Below, piece by piece: positions 1 through 13,053 of a DNA stretch of 64,000 bases; position 1 is the stretch's first letter; each line of letters begins with the position of its first letter. The notes under the pieces are model-generated. The model was not told the origin of the DNA. It searched no databases and worked only from the letters and a program-made list of their open reading frames with translations. This DNA comes from Octopus vulgaris (Eukaryota). Location of the stretch: contig OX597826.1 in NCBI GenBank assembly GCA_951406725.2, forward strand, positions 45,012,001 to 45,076,000. The letters are read 5' to 3'. The position numbers and the translations under genes were made by a program.

Positions 1-143
1 CATGTATAAATATACATACGTGTGTGTATGTAGGTAAACATGTATGTATTCATTTTTGTGTTTCTTTTTCTCTTGATCCAACCCTGCTTTTAAGTTGTAA
101 GGGCAATCGCGAATACTAAACATGCTACGTGATATTATCTATG

Positions 144-175
<32 letters not shown>

Positions 176-1384
176 CACACAATTACGATGTTAGTCAGAT
201 TAATAGGTAGGAATATATATCTGCGAGGTTGACACAAATGATGTAAACTTACTACTTTATCTTCCAATAATTCTTCTTGCTGCTAGATTATGACAGCACT
301 CATTAATCATAAAAAAACCCACAGATACACACACACACACACACGTACACACACATAAAAACATGCGCACGCACACTCATAACAGTTCGCAATAGCAACA
401 GAAAATGAATCCCGCTGTTTGAAAAAGTGGTCGGATCTAGCCCATATCTTATCTAATCAGTTAATAGTGTACCGTGAAAGGGCTCCAAACATTGCATCGA
501 AATGCTTCTTTGAACTGTCGAATAGAAAGGGAAAATATTCCCGGTACGTTGAATTCTGTTCATTCTTTTGCAGAGTGTCAGAGTAGGACTTTTAGCCGAA
601 ATCTTGATAGATATAATTGATTTAAATCTTCAACGTCACGAAAGAGAAGATACAGAAAGCAAATAAAGAAAGGAAATAAAAGAACAAAAGAACAGAAGAG
701 GTAAAAAAGATGAATGAACGAATGAAAGAAAAATGAGTTGGTTTGTGTCGTCAGCATTCTGAAAGTTTGGAGTTTAAGGGAGTGTAAGATGTCAAAGGCG
801 TTTCTATAGAAAATGAGATATTGGTTCGGGGAAAATAAGAGTCGTTCAAATAAAATGGTATACTAAAAGTGACCTTAACGACTTCTCTTTCTTCGACTAA
901 GAAAGAAGAAAATGCTGGAAAGATTCAAGAGGAAACCATTTCTAAAAAGAAATAAGCAACATTTTAGTTCTGGTCAAAATCGTGACTAATACAAAACCTA
1001 ATATATTCTGTACATTCGACATGTTTGGTAAAATATATTGCCAAATACACAGAACTAGAAATATATTTGCTAACCAAACATACTCAAATTTATTGAAAAA
1101 TACTTATAAAAAATGAAAATACATATTAGTTTAAGCAAATTTGGAATCTGCTTTTATTGGAGTGTCCTTTATATATATTTTATATTACTTGTATGTATTG
1201 GTAGATTAAACGGTATTGCATATCACTGAACAGAATGTATGTGTGATGTACAAATTGTATTACATTTTAGATCAATATAAAATTGCAGGTGTCTGAGCAA
1301 CAACAGCGTCTGTCTACCAGCCGAAATATTTTTTGTATGATGTCGCTAAGCTGGCCTTTGTGTTTAAGACGTTCGTACCTATAA

Positions 1385-1768
1385 TGGAAGCACTCCGTCG
1401 GTTACGACGACGAGGGTTCCGGTTGATCCGAATCAACGGAACAGCCTGCTCGTGAAATTAACGTGTAAGTGGCTGAGCACTCCACAGACACGTGTACCCT
1501 TAACGTAGTTCTCGGGGATATTCAGCGTGACACAGAGAGTGACAAGGCCGGCCCTTTGAAATACAGGTACAACAGAATCAGGAAGTAAGAGTGAGAGAAA
1601 GTTGTGGTGAAAGAGTACAGCAGGGATCCCCACCATCCCCTGCCGGAACCTCGTGGAGCTTTTTGGTGTTTTCGCTCAATAAACACTCACAACGCCCGGT
1701 CTGGGAATCGAAACCGCGATCCTATGACCGCGAGTCCGCTACCCTAACCACTGGCCATTGCGCCCGTC
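1385..1768 (-). mobile_element. tRNA-Arg-derived SINE (octopus OR-type), near full length
   Basis: Minus strand begins GGGCGCAATGGCCAGTGGTTAGGG (A box) ... GGACTCGCGGTC ... GGTTTCGATTCCC (B box); the head is shared with copies at 18075 and 34038. Confidence 0.8.
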
Positions 1769-1942
1769 CCTATAAACAGGAACATTAAGGTGGCACAGCT
1801 CACATTTGGAGGTTGTATAACTAGGGCTGAACTCAAAAATTTACGATAGATACAAAGACAGATGAGCATGTCTTTGAATAATTTTACTTAGATGATGTTC
1901 CTGACAACGTTTCCATATTCGCTCCATCCATATTAGTCATAC

Positions 1943-2165
1943 TCTTTACTCTTTTACTCTTCTACTTGTTTCAGTCATTTGACTGCGGCCATGCTGGAGC
2001 ACCGCCTTTAGTCGAATAAATCGACCCCGGGACTTATTCTTTGTAAGCCCAGTACTTATTCTATCGGTCTCTTTTGCCGAACTGCTAAGTGACGGGGACG
2101 TAAACACACCAGCATCGGTTGTCAAGCAATGCTAGGGGGATGAACACAGACACACAAACACACAT

Positions 2166-2198
<33 letters not shown>

Positions 2199-2370
2199 CA
2201 TATATACGACAGGCTTCTTTCAGTTTCCGTCTACCAAATCCACTCACAAGGCATTGGTCGGCCCGGGGCTATAGCAGAAGACACTTGCCCAAGATGCCAC
2301 GCAGTGGGACTGAACCCGGAACCATGTGGTTGGTTAGTAAGCTACTTACCACACAGCCACACTGCGCCTG
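1943..2370 (-). mobile_element. Abundant octopus SINE with internal (TA/TG)n microsatellite and (AAGAGTAA)n tail
   Basis: Head GTGGCTGTGTGGTAAGTAGC...GGGTTCAGTCCC, CORE-like CTTGGGCAAGTGTCTT, tail CAGTCAAATGACTGAAACAAG; more than 15 copies in the window. Confidence 0.9.
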
Positions 2371-2640
2371 GTAGTCATATAACCAACTTTATTTAGCAGA
2401 GTAAGTAACTTGAATTTAGTCGTGTAAAAGAAACCTATATGATAGGTTGTTCACCATAAGACACGTTGACATCAACATGCCATTGTTATTCGGGCCAATA
2501 AATTGGGGCAATAACCATTCATCCGCCCAAAGGAATGACATCCAAAGATGCACCTACATCATTACATTTCCACAATCATTTAGGATCGAAGCAGTATACA
2601 AGCCGAAACTTATACACCAGTTTGAGGAGATGTCTTCCCG

Positions 2641-3054
2641 GAGTCAAATGGCAGAATCGTCGTCTCTTAGCGGACAGTCATATTAAAGTGGCCATAAGCA
2701 ATACTTTTTGGTTCGCATGCTGCTTCTATCTCGAACAGAGACGTTCTTACGGACTAGTTTCCTAGTTACAGAGTCAGTAATTGAATGACACCGTATTTTC
2801 TATATATTGCAAGCGCAGTTAAACAGTTGCCATGCCTGACAAACGAGTACCCGCACCGAGGAGATCCAACTCAGATAGAAACCATGTGGCCTGGTAGTCT
2901 CAGAGCTAGGGTGGCAAGAGTTATCTCCCATTTACAATAAATATCGAGTGCGAGAAGCCCTGAATAAATCAGCTGGATATTTCGTCCTGGGGTTAAATGG
3001 CAGTAGTGTCGTCTCTTAGAGGACACCCATGTTAAAGTGGCCATAAACAATACT
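2641..3054 (+). repeat. Diverged ~65-bp direct repeats (2641-2705, 2991-3054) bracketing a decayed hammerhead-like motif (2856-2900)
   Basis: AAATGGCAG...GTCGTCTCTTAG.GGACA...TTAAAGTGGCCATAA.CAATACT occurs twice, 349 nt apart; between them CCGAGGA-gatc..gata-GAAA-cca(tgtggcc)tgg-TA. Confidence 0.55.
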
Positions 3055-3144
3055 ATATATATATATATATTTCATCTCACACACACATAAATTATCGGGT
3101 ATGTCTACGCGTGCGTGTGTGTATTATGTGTGTGTGGTGTGTGT

Positions 3145-3185
<41 letters not shown>

Positions 3186-3536
3186 TGTGTGTGTGTGTGA
3201 GAATGTGTATTTGTCACCAATTTTGACCCTCCGCAAAATCCCAAATTATTTCATTTATTTTGCGGGAGCAAATGTTTTATCGAACTCGTATCTTGTCGTG
3301 AATTGCTCGAAATAGGGATCAGAAAAACAGCCGACAACTGATCAGGGGCCGTTCTTTGTGTTGTTTGTCTTATTTTCCATTTGTTTCTTTTGTCGTTCGC
3401 AAAAAAAGTTCATATTCCATGTCCTTGTACTTCGTATTTTTTGTTGTTTACGTTTTGTGGCGTCCTGTGCCCACATATACATATGTATATACGTATGCAA
3501 GTATTTACGTATACGTATGTATATATGTATACATAA

Positions 3537-3596
<60 letters not shown>

Positions 3597-3639
3597 GATT
3601 GAGCACCATACATCCTTTTCCAAGTAAGTTTTATCTCTC

Positions 3640-3672
<33 letters not shown>

Positions 3673-3739
3673 GCGCATGTGTGTGTATGTGTGTCTACAT
3701 ATATGTATATATATCCATGTATATATTCATATACGTATA

Positions 3740-4800
3740 GGTATGATAGGTTTGCATACCCATTTGCCTTTGTTACGTCAATTTTTGTCTACCATCTAAA
3801 TATTCTGAGAATTTAACAGATTTGTGTGTGAATAGTTGTAGATATTAATGGGTGCAGTAATTTTCTCTGGTCATAGATATTTCGTCTGGGACTGGAGCTT
3901 TTTAGGTTTTAGATCTCCATTCTGCTTTTTGTGGTCACACGGATTGTGTCAAAATATTAGCCTCACTGAATTGTGTGTTCCGTATTATATTCCCGTCTTC
4001 TTTATATGGTCCTTCGCGGTTTATTTTGGAGAAATACCTAACTTGTTTAGTATAGTGTCGGTTTATTATTTAATATTATTTTGGTGGCGTGACTGTTGTT
4101 GTTGATATATGCTTACTGATATTTTTATAGTAAATATGGGATATAAGTAACTACCAGCTTCTGTTTTTCTGAAGTTTGTTTTGATAAGTTTTGCTTATTT
4201 TTGTTTATATATTCGATACCAAGTTTAATATTAGTTTCGTGTTGTTTTGTGGTTTATGTCTGGGGTCGTCTCTGGTTTTTTTACGAGGATGACTATTTCT
4301 GATGTCTGACTGGGGTTGTATGTTTTGTGTTACCTTATGGAACATATTTTTAGATGTTTTTATAAATACCTTCATAAAGGTAGGTAATGCTGTGTCTGTG
4401 TTAGGTTTTTGTGAGGTATTCTGAAACTTGTTTCTTAATATCGTTGAAACTGATTCCACTCTGGTTTCCTGAAGTTCATAAAAGTAATTTTCCCCTTTTC
4501 ATTAATGTGTGATCGTGCTGTGATCATAATTGGTAACTGATACAATGAGAGTTAAGGGAATATTTACCAAAGTGATTGTGGTTGGCAGGGGTTTGGTAGA
4601 CAGCAGAAAGTGAAATTTAGACGAGTTGCGTTACTTGGTGAGGCATGTATGTGTTGGTGTTGTTTATTTAAGATGTCTAGTGCGATGATATAACGTCGCG
4701 GTTTTGTTATCCTTATTATTTGAGAACGAGGAGGAGCTGTTGCTATGAAGTCTCTTCAATGATAGCATCGGTGTGAGATTTAAAATCCTGTAGATGAGGA
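3740..4800 (-). mobile_element. Heavily decayed retroelement-like coding relic (possibly Penelope-like RT)
   Basis: Strong strand bias (A-rich on minus); broken peptides HPLIS and KFSEYLD resemble the PLE RT N-terminal motif RPIIS...KLSEYLD. Confidence 0.3.
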
Positions 4801-5521
4801 GTGTAATTCAGCGGGGTAGTTGGGGAAAATGTTGATAAATTAGGAAGCATTTAAGCAGTCGCAGAAGTGGAAGAAATTGCAAGCAACTCTTTCTTCAAAT
4901 GCTATTATGCCGCCTTTACTAAAAAAAAAGTTGTTGAAGTAATGTTAAAAAGGAAGTAAATATGTTTATATATTGCGCAATGTATCCCAAATGGCTTGTT
5001 CAAAATTGAGCATTCTAGAAACGATGCCTTGCCAAATATATTAAAACAGTTTTTTAAAAAGGCAGCGAAATGTATTTGCAGACTTCTATTCATCTACAAT
5101 TTCTTTGCCAACTCCGAATGACCAAGTGTGTGCCTCACTGAGAAAATAATTCAAACGGAAAAGTCGGTGTCTGATGGTCCTGACCTCGATCAGGTCTCGT
5201 GGTTTTAACACATAACCTCTTAAGTGAAGATGCTCTCCGAGACAAAATCTTACAATTAACACCGCTCTACATTTGAATATAAATGATAAATACCTTGTTA
5301 TTTTAATCTAATGTTGTTTCTTGTGCGTATATTGATTGATAAGAAGTACATTACGAGAAACTGATAACAAAATACACACACACACACGAAAAGCTATTGT
5401 AGTTCAAAGACGTCAGATTTGTCTTCTATATGATATGAACTGGTCCAAACTTACCGAATTATCATTTACGATGCGATCAGAGATTGCTTTTTATCATTCT
5501 AAGTATTGACAGTCTATATAC

Positions 5522-5754
5522 CTATTTCTTTACTACCCACAAGGGGCTAAACACAGAGAGGACAAACAAGGACAGACAAACGGATTAAGTCGATTATATC
5601 GACTCCAGTGCGTAACTGGTACTTAATTTATGGACCCCGAAAGGATAAAAGGCAAAGTCGACCTCGGCGGAGTTTGAACTCAGGACGCAACGGCAGACGA
5701 AATACGGTTACGCATTTCGCCCAGCGTGCTAACGTTTCTGCCAGCTCGCCACCT
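5522..5754 (-). mobile_element. tRNA-derived SINE with Meta-like central domain
   Basis: Minus head GGTGGCGAGCTGGCAGAAACGTTAGC...GAGTTCAAACTCC, centre GACTTTGCCTTTTATCCTTTCGGGGTC; an older copy follows at ~5895-6070. Confidence 0.85.
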
Positions 5755-8566
5755 TCTCAGTCCATATACCATCAACAGCACTGCACAGCACGAGTGTATC
5801 CTATTCCTCCAGTCTCCAATTAACTACCAAATTAATAGAGGTATATATAAGGCAGCCGTGTATTGCCACCACTACCACATTACTATTGATTTCAAAGTTT
5901 GGCACAAGGGCACCAATTTCAAGTGAGGGAGTAAGTCGATTACATCGAACGCAGTACTCAGTTGGTACTTATTTTATTGAATCCGGCAGAATTTCAATTT
6001 AGAACGTAAAGACGGACGAAGTGCCGCTAAGCATTTTGCCCGGTGTGCTAATTGTTCTACCAGTTCGCCTCTGTCACTAACAGCATTAATATTTCTCATT
6101 AATCTGCACTCTTGTGCCCTCCAGTGGAGCAGGAGAAAGTAACTTATCCCCAAACTACTTTCAGCGCCTCTGTATGATGGAAATTACTATCAAATTGTAC
6201 ACCCAAACATCACATTGAAACTGAACATCTTTGTCTTTGTTTTTTGTTTTTGCTTTATCTCTCATTCAATACATTAATATGACCAAAGAAAAGGGAATAT
6301 AAGAAACAAAACTACGTAGGTAGATCGGGTTTGAGTACCATCAGATTTTGCATCTAGCAGTTCGAATATAATTTTCAATCTTCAAGGAAACTAATCTAAT
6401 AAACAAGAAACTTTTTTTCTTCTGTTTCTGATGTGAGACGTTGCCTACATTCCGATAACATTCTCTTTGGACAGAGAATACCATTTTTTTCCTTCTTTAG
6501 TGTTCTTTTTTATTTTCTTCTCTTTCTGTTTTTCTTTTTGGTATTTTATCCTCAGTGTCTAATCTACTTTACAGTATCGTTTATATTTTTACTCTTCTTC
6601 GGAGATGTGATTAATATCAAGCAAATATGAGGACATGTGGTTGGCAGATGAGAAAATGAATTGCAAGGGAAATAAAGAACTGTAAACGGGAGAAGGAGGG
6701 GACACAGCTACAAAGACAGAGACATGGAAAACAGAGAGATGGGAGGACAGAATGAGTGAGAGAAGGAAAGAGAGACATGGAAAGAAATGAAAAAAAATCA
6801 GTGAAAATGGTGAACCATAATGATAATGCTATTCACTGTACAAATAGGAACGGAAATTGAATAAGAGTTTTCAAAAATATTATTTAGTAGTATGAAATAT
6901 AAAGGCAGGAAGAGAAAAATGAAGGCATGTATTAAATAGTGATACAAGCCAGCATGTGGAGAGACATAAGTAAGGAGACGGAAAGGAAATAGTGAAAGAA
7001 AAAGGGTAATAGTAAATTTAATTTTTTTTTTTTTTCCTTTTTCTTTTTTATTTTGCCGGTTGAAGAACCAGTTCGTCATGGAAACAGATAGGAAAAGGAA
7101 AATTATGAATGCTAGAAAAGAAAAAGAGGTGGTGGTGGGGGGGGAGAGAATATGCGAGACAAGAGTGAAGGGAATTCAAATAGGAAGAAAATGGGAAGGG
7201 ATAAAAGCAAGCTTTTAGAATATATTTCTATGAAGGAAAAAAAAATCACAAATATTTTTTTATTCCTTGCTTGAATTATGAGAAACAAATTTAATTTTCA
7301 AGGTTGTCAAGTTCCTCTATGCATACCCACACACAATTTTTTCTTTCAAAGAAATTTAAGACTAAATCTAAGTCAATTTTTGAGCTATTTATTGCAAGAA
7401 ACATTAAATATTTTCTGTATTTATATACATGTAGGGGTATTGTTTCCGCCTATGAGCACATTTTTATGTTCGTGCGCGAGTGCGTATTCTGGAAAGTCGA
7501 TACTGTTTTTTCTTTTGATAAAGCATTAATCATTCGATATCTAAAGCTAATTTTCTGAGGTTTTTCAGGCATTCCCATAAAGTTGGTACGGCCAGCAGAG
7601 GGAATCGTATATCTGTTTTATGAAATATTTGGAACATAACAGCGAGGGACTATAACTGTAAAATGGTAGAAATCTGAAAATATAAGAGCAAGTACGTAGG
7701 AAAAAAATGAGAAAAATCATTGTCATGTATTCTTATGCACGGTGAAATATATGAACAATACTTCAGCCGGACACGGATAAACATATTTAAGTACAAGAAT
7801 AGATTAGAAATTTCATCGAACTTTATGGAAAGCAAACACTGTTAGCTTTATTTGTCCTCATACTGGTATGAAAGCTATATTTCTCATTTACTGACTTATA
7901 TTAGTACTGACTAATTTGATCAATGAAGGGGATGCGAAACATTTGCATTATATCAGTAGGAACGAAATTTGTGTAAGCATACGGTAATAGTGGATACTTA
8001 CTCCCGATGACGCGTAAATCCGCAGAAATCCCGGATCTAGCTATTCTATATAGCTGCTGACGGACGCTTTCGCTCGCACCATTTGTCTTCACAATATAAT
8101 TTTGTAGTTAAATTCCGCAGTTTTGTAGATTACTTACATTATATCTACGTTAAATAAAATACGCAGATTACAATTCTGAACTAATAACTGATATTTTAAT
8201 AAAAATTGCCCCTGTAAAAACAAGAAATTTTGATCTTGAAGGACAAGCTTTCTCAAGGAAAATAAGTTGGGAAAATTTCGTCATTAAAAGTGATTAAAAA
8301 AAAAAGATAGATGCATGCATTAAAGAAGGCGTTTTATCTTAGGTAAGTACAGCGAGACCTCCCGGCATGTTTCGATGTTATTAACCCATATTCGCGTTCT
8401 ATAATTCTTACTGGTAAGAGCTAAATTTCTCAGACTGAAAAGTTTGAAGGCTCACTTTGGCCCAATAGTAGAACATCTGTCCTGTTTACAGCAGATCCTG
8501 GTTCGAGCCACACAGGCAATCTTTGAACATTTTTATCCAAATAATTTTGAATCCGATATCAACATA

Positions 8567-8774
8567 CTCTTTTACTCTTTTACTTGTTTCAGTCATTTGA
8601 CTGCGGCCATGCTGGAGAACCACCTTTAGTCGAGCAAATCGACCCCGAAATTATTCTTTGTAAGCCCAGTACTTATTCTATCGGTCTCTTTTGCCGAATC
8701 GCTAAGTGACGGGAACGTAAACACACCAGCATCGATTGTCAAGCAATGCTAGGGAGACAAAGACAGACACACAA

Positions 8775-8807
<33 letters not shown>

Positions 8808-8963
8808 ACGGGCTTCTTTCAGTTTCCGTCTACCAAATCCACTCACAAGGCTTTGGTTGGCCCGGGGCTATAGCAGAAGACACTTGCCCAAGATGCCACG
8901 CAGTGGGACTGAACCCGGAACCATGTGGTTGGTTAGCAAGCTACTTACCACACAGCCACTCCT
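8567..8963 (-). mobile_element. Abundant octopus SINE, full length
   Basis: Near identical to 1943-2370. Confidence 0.9.
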
Positions 8964-9366
8964 GGTAATATTTATACCTTTATCTATTTCAAGTTCCACT
9001 ATTAAAAATGAATTATTATTTATGCAGCAAACTAGAAGACTCGTATGTACACCGGACAAAATGCTTAGCAGCAATTCGTCCGGTTTTAACATTTTGAGCT
9101 CAAGTTCCGCCAAGATTAACTTCACCTTCCTTTCATTCGGGTTCGATTAAATAAGTACGAATTGAGTACTTAAGTACTGACGTCGATGTAATCGATCAGC
9201 CCCCTCCATAAGGTAATGGCAATGCTTGAACACGAGTTTGCAGCCATCATGTAAGTATTATGTAAGTATTATGTAAGTATGTATGTATTTGTCTATGTAT
9301 CTATCTATGTATCTATATGTATATGTGTATATATTTGTATGTATGTATATATATATATATGTATAT

Positions 9367-9790
9367 AGGCGCAGGAGTGGCTGTTTGGTAAGTAGCTTGC
9401 TAACCAACCACATGGTTCCGGGTTCAGTCCCACTGCGTGGCATCTTGGGCAAGTGTCTTCTGCTATAGCCCCGGGCCGACCAATGCCTTGTGAGTGGATT
9501 TGGTAGACGGAAACTGAAAGAAGCCTGTCGTATATATGTATATATATATATATAAGTGTGTGTGAATATGTTTGTGTGTCTGTGTTTGTTCCCCTAGCAT
9601 TGCTTGACAACCGATGCTGGTGTGTTTACGTCCCCGTCACTTAGCGGTTCGGCAAAAGAGACCGATAGAATAAGTACTGGGCTTACAAAGAATAAGTCTC
9701 GGGGTCGATTTGCTCGACTAAAAGGCGGTGCTCCAGCATGGCCGCAGTCAAATGACTGAAACAAGTAAAAAGAATAAAAAAAAGAGAGAG
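9367..9790 (+). mobile_element. Abundant octopus SINE, full length
   Basis: GGCGCAGGAGTGGCTGTTTGGTAAGTAGC head through GAAACAAGTAAAAAG tail. Confidence 0.9.
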
Positions 9791-9800
9791 TATATATATA

Positions 9801-9896
<96 letters not shown>

Positions 9897-9994
9897 CGTG
9901 CGTGCGTGTGTGTATTCTACCATTTTAGCCATACTGAATGTGAGTTATAAACTCTTTTAACCTTCATCTATCTAATCTATGAAATTAGATAGAG

Positions 9995-10235
9995 GAAGCT
10001 TAATGAGTTTTTTACGACCTAACAGCTGGAGGTATTGTAACCGGTTGTAGTATACAACCGTTGATTTAATGGCGTGGATCTAATAATTTGGTTAAGACTA
10101 ATGTCAGATGTGGAAACATTTGTCGTTTCATGCGAATGACCAGATCCACGCTATTAAATCAACAATGGTACCTCGCAACTTGTTTACAATGATACCACCA
10201 ACTGTTAGTTCCTCGATGAAAACTCATTAGCCTTC
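9995..10235. mobile_element. Fold-back element / MITE with ~85-bp imperfect terminal inverted repeats
   Basis: TAATGAGTTTT...GTTGATTTAATGGCGTGGATCT pairs with AGATCCACGCTATTAAATCAAC...AAAACTCATTA. Confidence 0.7.
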
Positions 10236-10656
10236 TTTGGTATACCCAAATAAATTACAAAATTTTGGTGGATTATCGGAACTGTTAAAACGTCTGGAAT
10301 CATAACTTGTGGTGGTGTCTGTTTCGGCCAACGACGATAATGATGCGAAGATGTATCTCACCAAAAACGGTTATCTTTTCACTGGATAAACATTCGTGGT
10401 GACGAGAAGGGAGACTTGAATACCTGGGTTATTGTCAGTTTTCATAAGAACAAAAGAAGGTTCTTGTCCAGGTTAGAAGTAATATGTAGATGCACGATAA
10501 AGTTTGATCAAAAGAAAAATCGAAGTATCTATTGTTGCGCATGTTTGTATGAGTGTTTACTTATTTGTAGATATGTACGCATTCCGTAAAAATAGTTATA
10601 AGCTTAAATTTATAAGAATTGGGGCATCTAAGCCCTCGGCTGAAAGAACTGGATAA

Positions 10657-10727
10657 GTACGCGTGCGACTCGAACCCACATCTCATGTTTCTTCAATAAA
10701 TGTGTTACCGATTACACCAACATACGC
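10657..10727 (-). pseudogene. Degenerate tRNA or tRNA-derived head
   Basis: Minus: GTATGT TG GTGT AATCGGTA ACAC (D arm) ... GTGGG TTCGAGT CGCAC (T arm) GCGTAC; anticodon arm poorly paired. Confidence 0.55.
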
Positions 10728-11477
10728 GCCAGTTTGATTCTGTTAAATTTAAGAGCTATCATGTATATATATATACGATCTTATGTAATGTTACACACGC
10801 GCACATATGTAAAGGCTACAGTTAAATATAAAACTGAAAGTTCTTTCAACAAGTGAATTATATATATGTCTTGGTCTGAAGACGGTTAGTACGCCGAAAC
10901 GTGGAGGTTACTGTCAAGCTTTTTCCTATGAAAATGAATATACACACATTCACCCCATCCCTCCATATACATGCACTCGTACACAAACATACTCATACAC
11001 ACACTCAAATTCAATATGGCTAGAAAGAGACAAAATAAAATGAACACTTCGACTATTTAACCTTTAATACTAATGAAAATTCTCTTACCTTCGTACTACA
11101 TCAATGTATAGAAACAATCACCTATCGATCTAGTAGGACCAGTACAGTACATTGTGATCATGGAAAGAAATGAAAATGGTTAAAATATAGTTAATAATAT
11201 CAAATAAACGACAACTTAATTGCATAAATTGACATCTAATTGACATATTTCGGAATTGAAGCAGTTTTCTTGGCTCTGAATATATATACTTGGTAACTTC
11301 CGGAAGCCATCACCGTTGGTAATTTGATTTAGTTATTCTTTCACATTATTATTTGTTTGTTATTTATATGTAGCTACTAACGCAGAATAAAGATAAAAAA
11401 TCTCCTCTCGGGATATTCATGTTCTAGTAACATTAGTGCGATGTTGGAAAGTAAATCTACAACTGAGCATAGCTAGA

Positions 11478-11550
11478 ACTTTATTCTTAAGACTTTATTC
11501 TTAAGACTTTATCCTTAAGACTTCATTCTTAACATTTTATTCTTAAGACT
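11478..11550. repeat. 14-bp tandem repeat (ACTTTATTCTTAAG) x5
   Basis: Directly visible. Confidence 0.9.
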
Positions 11551-13053
11551 GCCCCCTCCTTCAACAGCTGCCGAGACTCTACAAGGGAAACTCGTAATAG
11601 TGTATTGCTTCGACATCTCAGACACTGCTTCTACTACGTACACTGGCATATTGGATCACATTCAGAGAGGGAGCACTTGGTTTATTGGCACTTCACTTCT
11701 AGTAGATACACGTTAGCTTCTGGTCTAACGGTGTTCTGTGTCAATTCTCTATCTTTTCCGTAGCCTTTATAATACATTCTCTTCCTCAGAGGTAGCTGGT
11801 CTCGTAACCCTACCACTCAGACAACCCATTTTATACCTCTCTTCACGTCTCGGCACTTCTGGTGCATCCAACTATGCTTCTCCTAGATAACAAGAGTATA
11901 TAGTAAAAAAAACAAAAGACTTTCTTTTTATGGCAAGAGAAATTTCACAAACATCAAAGTCGTTTCAATTATGTTACCAGTATTCAAATGTGGGTAGCAC
12001 TTGTATTGTAGATAGTTCACAAATTTGATATTTTTTTGAAGATCATTAAAGACTCTGAGGCGTTTGCATTGAATCCAGAGTTTATCCTATGTTGCGTTCT
12101 GTTGTGTTTAAATTCTTGAGCCACAACTGGCGAAAAGAACGCATGTCGTGGTTTAGGTTTATTAGTCAAGAACAACAGAAGAATAACAGAAGAGTATTAG
12201 AGAAGTTAGTGGAATATAGTTGAACAATGGACAAGTGGTTGAAAAATTAATGTCAGTGACTGTTTGTTTTTGATAAGATAGATAGCGTCATCATTTCTTT
12301 TTTTTGCCTGTGCTCTTGATTAAACACGTTCTCTGTGTCACACTGATGTAAACATCGTAAATACAATAGCTTTCTACTAAACTTATATATCTTCTTGTGT
12401 ATATAAGAAATATTTGTTTGTCTACTGTCAGTTGCAGTTGTAGAAGCTTATCTCCCCATGAGCCGTTCCTATGTTTGAAATATCTCTAAGAAGACATGTA
12501 AAAGACAAAAAGAGAAAGAAAAAAAAAGAATACACCTGCGCGCAGGCGCGTGTGCATGGAGAGTGTATGAGAAGAAGAGAGTGAGTGAGTGAGTGAGAGA
12601 GTGAAAGAGGGAGGGAGAGAGAGAGAGAGAAGATATATAAATGAAGCTAAGCTTCAATAACAGCCGCACGACTGGGAACAAAGACTGACTTTATGGCTTC
12701 AAACTTTGGCCCAAGTTCAACAAATGTTATGGGAGGAGGTTAGTCGATACCAAGCGTTCAACTGCGACTTGTTTTATTAACCGTAAAGGAGAAAAGACAA
12801 TGGCGCCCTCAATAAATTTTGAACTCGGAACGAAAAGAACCTGAAGAAATGACGTGAGGAATTAAGATGCCCCCTTAATTCATTAATACGGAGGAGCATC
12901 TGTAGCTAGTTTAAAGAAAATGGTGGATGGATTATTATTGTCTTAGCGGATATTTAGTTTGAAATTCCAATCCACTTCAGGTTCTTCGTTGTATGTTTCG
13001 GCACATAACGCTGTATAATCTTGAAATGCTATGTAATGTCTATGTATAATTTT

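Noticed and set aside
3228-3330. GAGCAA...TTGCTC-GAAA hairpin resembling HHR stem II
   Set aside because: No CUGANGA core upstream
11478-11550. Short repeat array as a CRISPR
   Set aside because: No spacers; eukaryotic context
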